A stretch of 57,962 nucleotides of DNA from Candidatus Nomurabacteria bacterium. Its GTDB lineage: Bacteria > Patescibacteriota > Minisyncoccia > Phycocordibacterales > SBAW01. The translations under genes and the position numbers were made by a program. Shown one piece after another: positions 56,817 through 57,962 of this stretch; position 1 is the stretch's first letter, and each line of letters opens with the position of its first letter. Where the stretch lies: the NCBI GenBank assembly GCA_943349675.1, contig CALQZN010000001.1:1-57962 (forward strand). The letters are read 5' to 3'. The notes beneath the pieces were generated by a model that was not told where the DNA came from, did no database searches, and saw only the letters and a program-made list of their open reading frames with translations.

Positions 56817-56888
56817 GTGCCCCCGCGAGGAATCGAACCTCGAATAACGGCTTAGAAGTCCGCAGTTATATCCGTTTAACTACAGGGG
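56817..56888 (-). tRNA. tRNA-Arg (TCT)
   Basis: The acceptor is GCCCCTG/CGGGGGC, the D arm is GTTA-AACGGATA-TAAC, the anticodon loop is CTTCTAA, and the T arm is CGAGG-TTCGATT-CCTCG. There is one A-G mismatch at 31-39. Confidence 0.8.
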
Positions 56889-56901
56889 CTACCCGGGCAT
56901 A

Positions 56902-57525
56902 TTACCCTAAAAACGGCAAGATACACCACCACACTATCGCGTACAGCACGCCAAGCGCCAACACAGCACCACCAAACCACAAAAAGTACCGGTCGACGAT
57001 GTCGATCACATGTTTGCCATAGCGGCCTGTAAGATACAAAAGCGCGGCCATCCGAGCCCCCCGCCCCACAAAATGCCCCGCAATAAAGAGGAAGAAATTA
57101 ACTTGTAGAAAACCTGCTGCGTAAATAAAGAGCTTGTCTGGCACTGGGGTAAACGATGTTGTGACCATCGTCAAAAATATATGCGAACCAAAGAGATGCT
57201 GTGCGGCCAAAAACGCATGTTGCATCGCATCGCTACGCAACAACAACGGGCCCAGCTGTGTAAATAGAAAGTACGCTATGAAGTAACTAACTATTGCCCC
57301 AGCAATTGATGCAGTTAGGGCGATTGCCAAGTACGCCTTCCACCGCTTAGGGTGCGCCAGCATAAGCGCCACCATAAAAATCTCTGGTGCGATTGGTAAA
57401 AAAATAGTATCAAAGAAGGCAATAATCCCGAGCCATCCCAACGCATGCTTACTTTCTGCATGCCGCACAAACCACTGCCATAACTGGTTCCGATGTGTGG
57501 CTAAACGGGCAAAAAGCAGCTTCAT
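56902..57525 (-). CDS. YqaA/DedA-superfamily membrane protein
   Basis: The motif FFDTIFLPIAPEIFMVAL is typical, and the protein is polytopic. Confidence 0.6.
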   Translation of the reverse strand: MKLLFARLATHRNQLWQWFVRHAESKHALGWLGIIAFFDTIFLPIAPEIFMVALMLAHPKRWKAYLAIALTASIAGAIVSYFIAYFLFTQLGPLLLRSDAMQHAFLAAQHLFGSHIFLTMVTTSFTPVPDKLFIYAAGFLQVNFFLFIAGHFVGRGARMAALLYLTGRYGKHVIDIVDRYFLWFGGAVLALGVLYAIVWWCILPFLG

Positions 57526-57534
57526 AGTACAAAA

Positions 57535-57864
57535 TTATCTCGCAGCAGAGCCCGGAGGTGCCGCAGATTCAAACAAATGTAGTGGCTCACCATCATCCCC
57601 GCCCGCCGCCAATATCATCGCCTGACTCTCGAGCCCCATCATAGTGCGCGGCGCTAGGTTAGTCACAAACGCACATTTCTTCCCCACCAAAGTAGTTGTG
57701 TCAGGAAAATGTTTTGCAATACCCGAAACCACTTGGCGTTTTTCTGTCCCAAAGTTTACTTCCAAACGCAGCAATTTTTCTGACCCAGCAACAGGCTCGG
57801 CCAGCATAATTTCGCCAACGCGAATTTCTACTTTTTTAAAATCATCAATTGAAATAGGTTCCAT
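57535..57864 (-). CDS. stand-alone tRNA-binding domain protein (CsaA/Trbp111-like)
   Basis: The sequence FKKVEIRVGEIMLAEPVAGSEKLLRLEVNFGTEKRQVVSGIAKHF is an OB-fold tRNA-binding motif like the MetRS C-terminus. Confidence 0.75.
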   Translation of the reverse strand: MEPISIDDFKKVEIRVGEIMLAEPVAGSEKLLRLEVNFGTEKRQVVSGIAKHFPDTTTLVGKKCAFVTNLAPRTMMGLESQAMILAAGGDDGEPLHLFESAAPPGSAAR

Positions 57865-57962
57865 ATACTGTTTAGAGGAAATAGAAGCAAATAGAGTATC
57901 GACGGAGTCTTTCGCAGCGCGGCGGCGCGAGAACGAGCAAATTTTTAGCAAAAAATTATGCG

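Overview
Most genes in this window lie on the minus strand, and the segment looks like part of a small-genome, CPR/Patescibacteria-like bacterium. That assignment is an inference from several features: a 23S-5S rRNA unit with no adjacent 16S, an ORF-less insertion in the 23S, a compact type IV pilus cluster, large secreted or surface proteins, and ribosomal-protein clusters lacking L1 and L9 at their usual positions. Housekeeping content includes rplJ-rplL, secE-nusG-rplK, rpsF-ssb-rpsR, rplS, ftsK, recA, recO, efp, four aminoacyl-tRNA synthetases (metG, glyQS, ileS, argS), ddl, mscL and four tRNAs. Five things stand out. (1) A pyrimidine-deoxynucleotide cluster (glyA, MazG-like, tmk, dCMP-deaminase-like, ThyA-like, Dcd-like, folA). 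Its ThyA homolog carries Asp where thymidylate synthases have the dUMP-specifying Asn, and its Dcd homolog lacks the catalytic Glu. (2) A roughly 65-nt structured repeat family (family B, five copies) with compensatory stem changes. It sits at gene 3' ends, in two cases flanked by 17-23 bp duplications of the gene end; tRNA-His shows a similar duplication. (3) A roughly 64-bp nested palindrome (family A, three full copies plus one solo arm). Each full copy carries two perfect TTATCCACA DnaA-box 9-mers at a fixed spacing, and one copy abuts a RAYT/IS200-like Y1 transposase gene. (4) An ileS with a roughly 160-aa histidine-phosphatase-like domain inserted. (5) A 301-nt insertion in the 23S at the classic L2593 group I intron site. 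All calls come from reading the sequence and from recalled family motifs; no searches were run.
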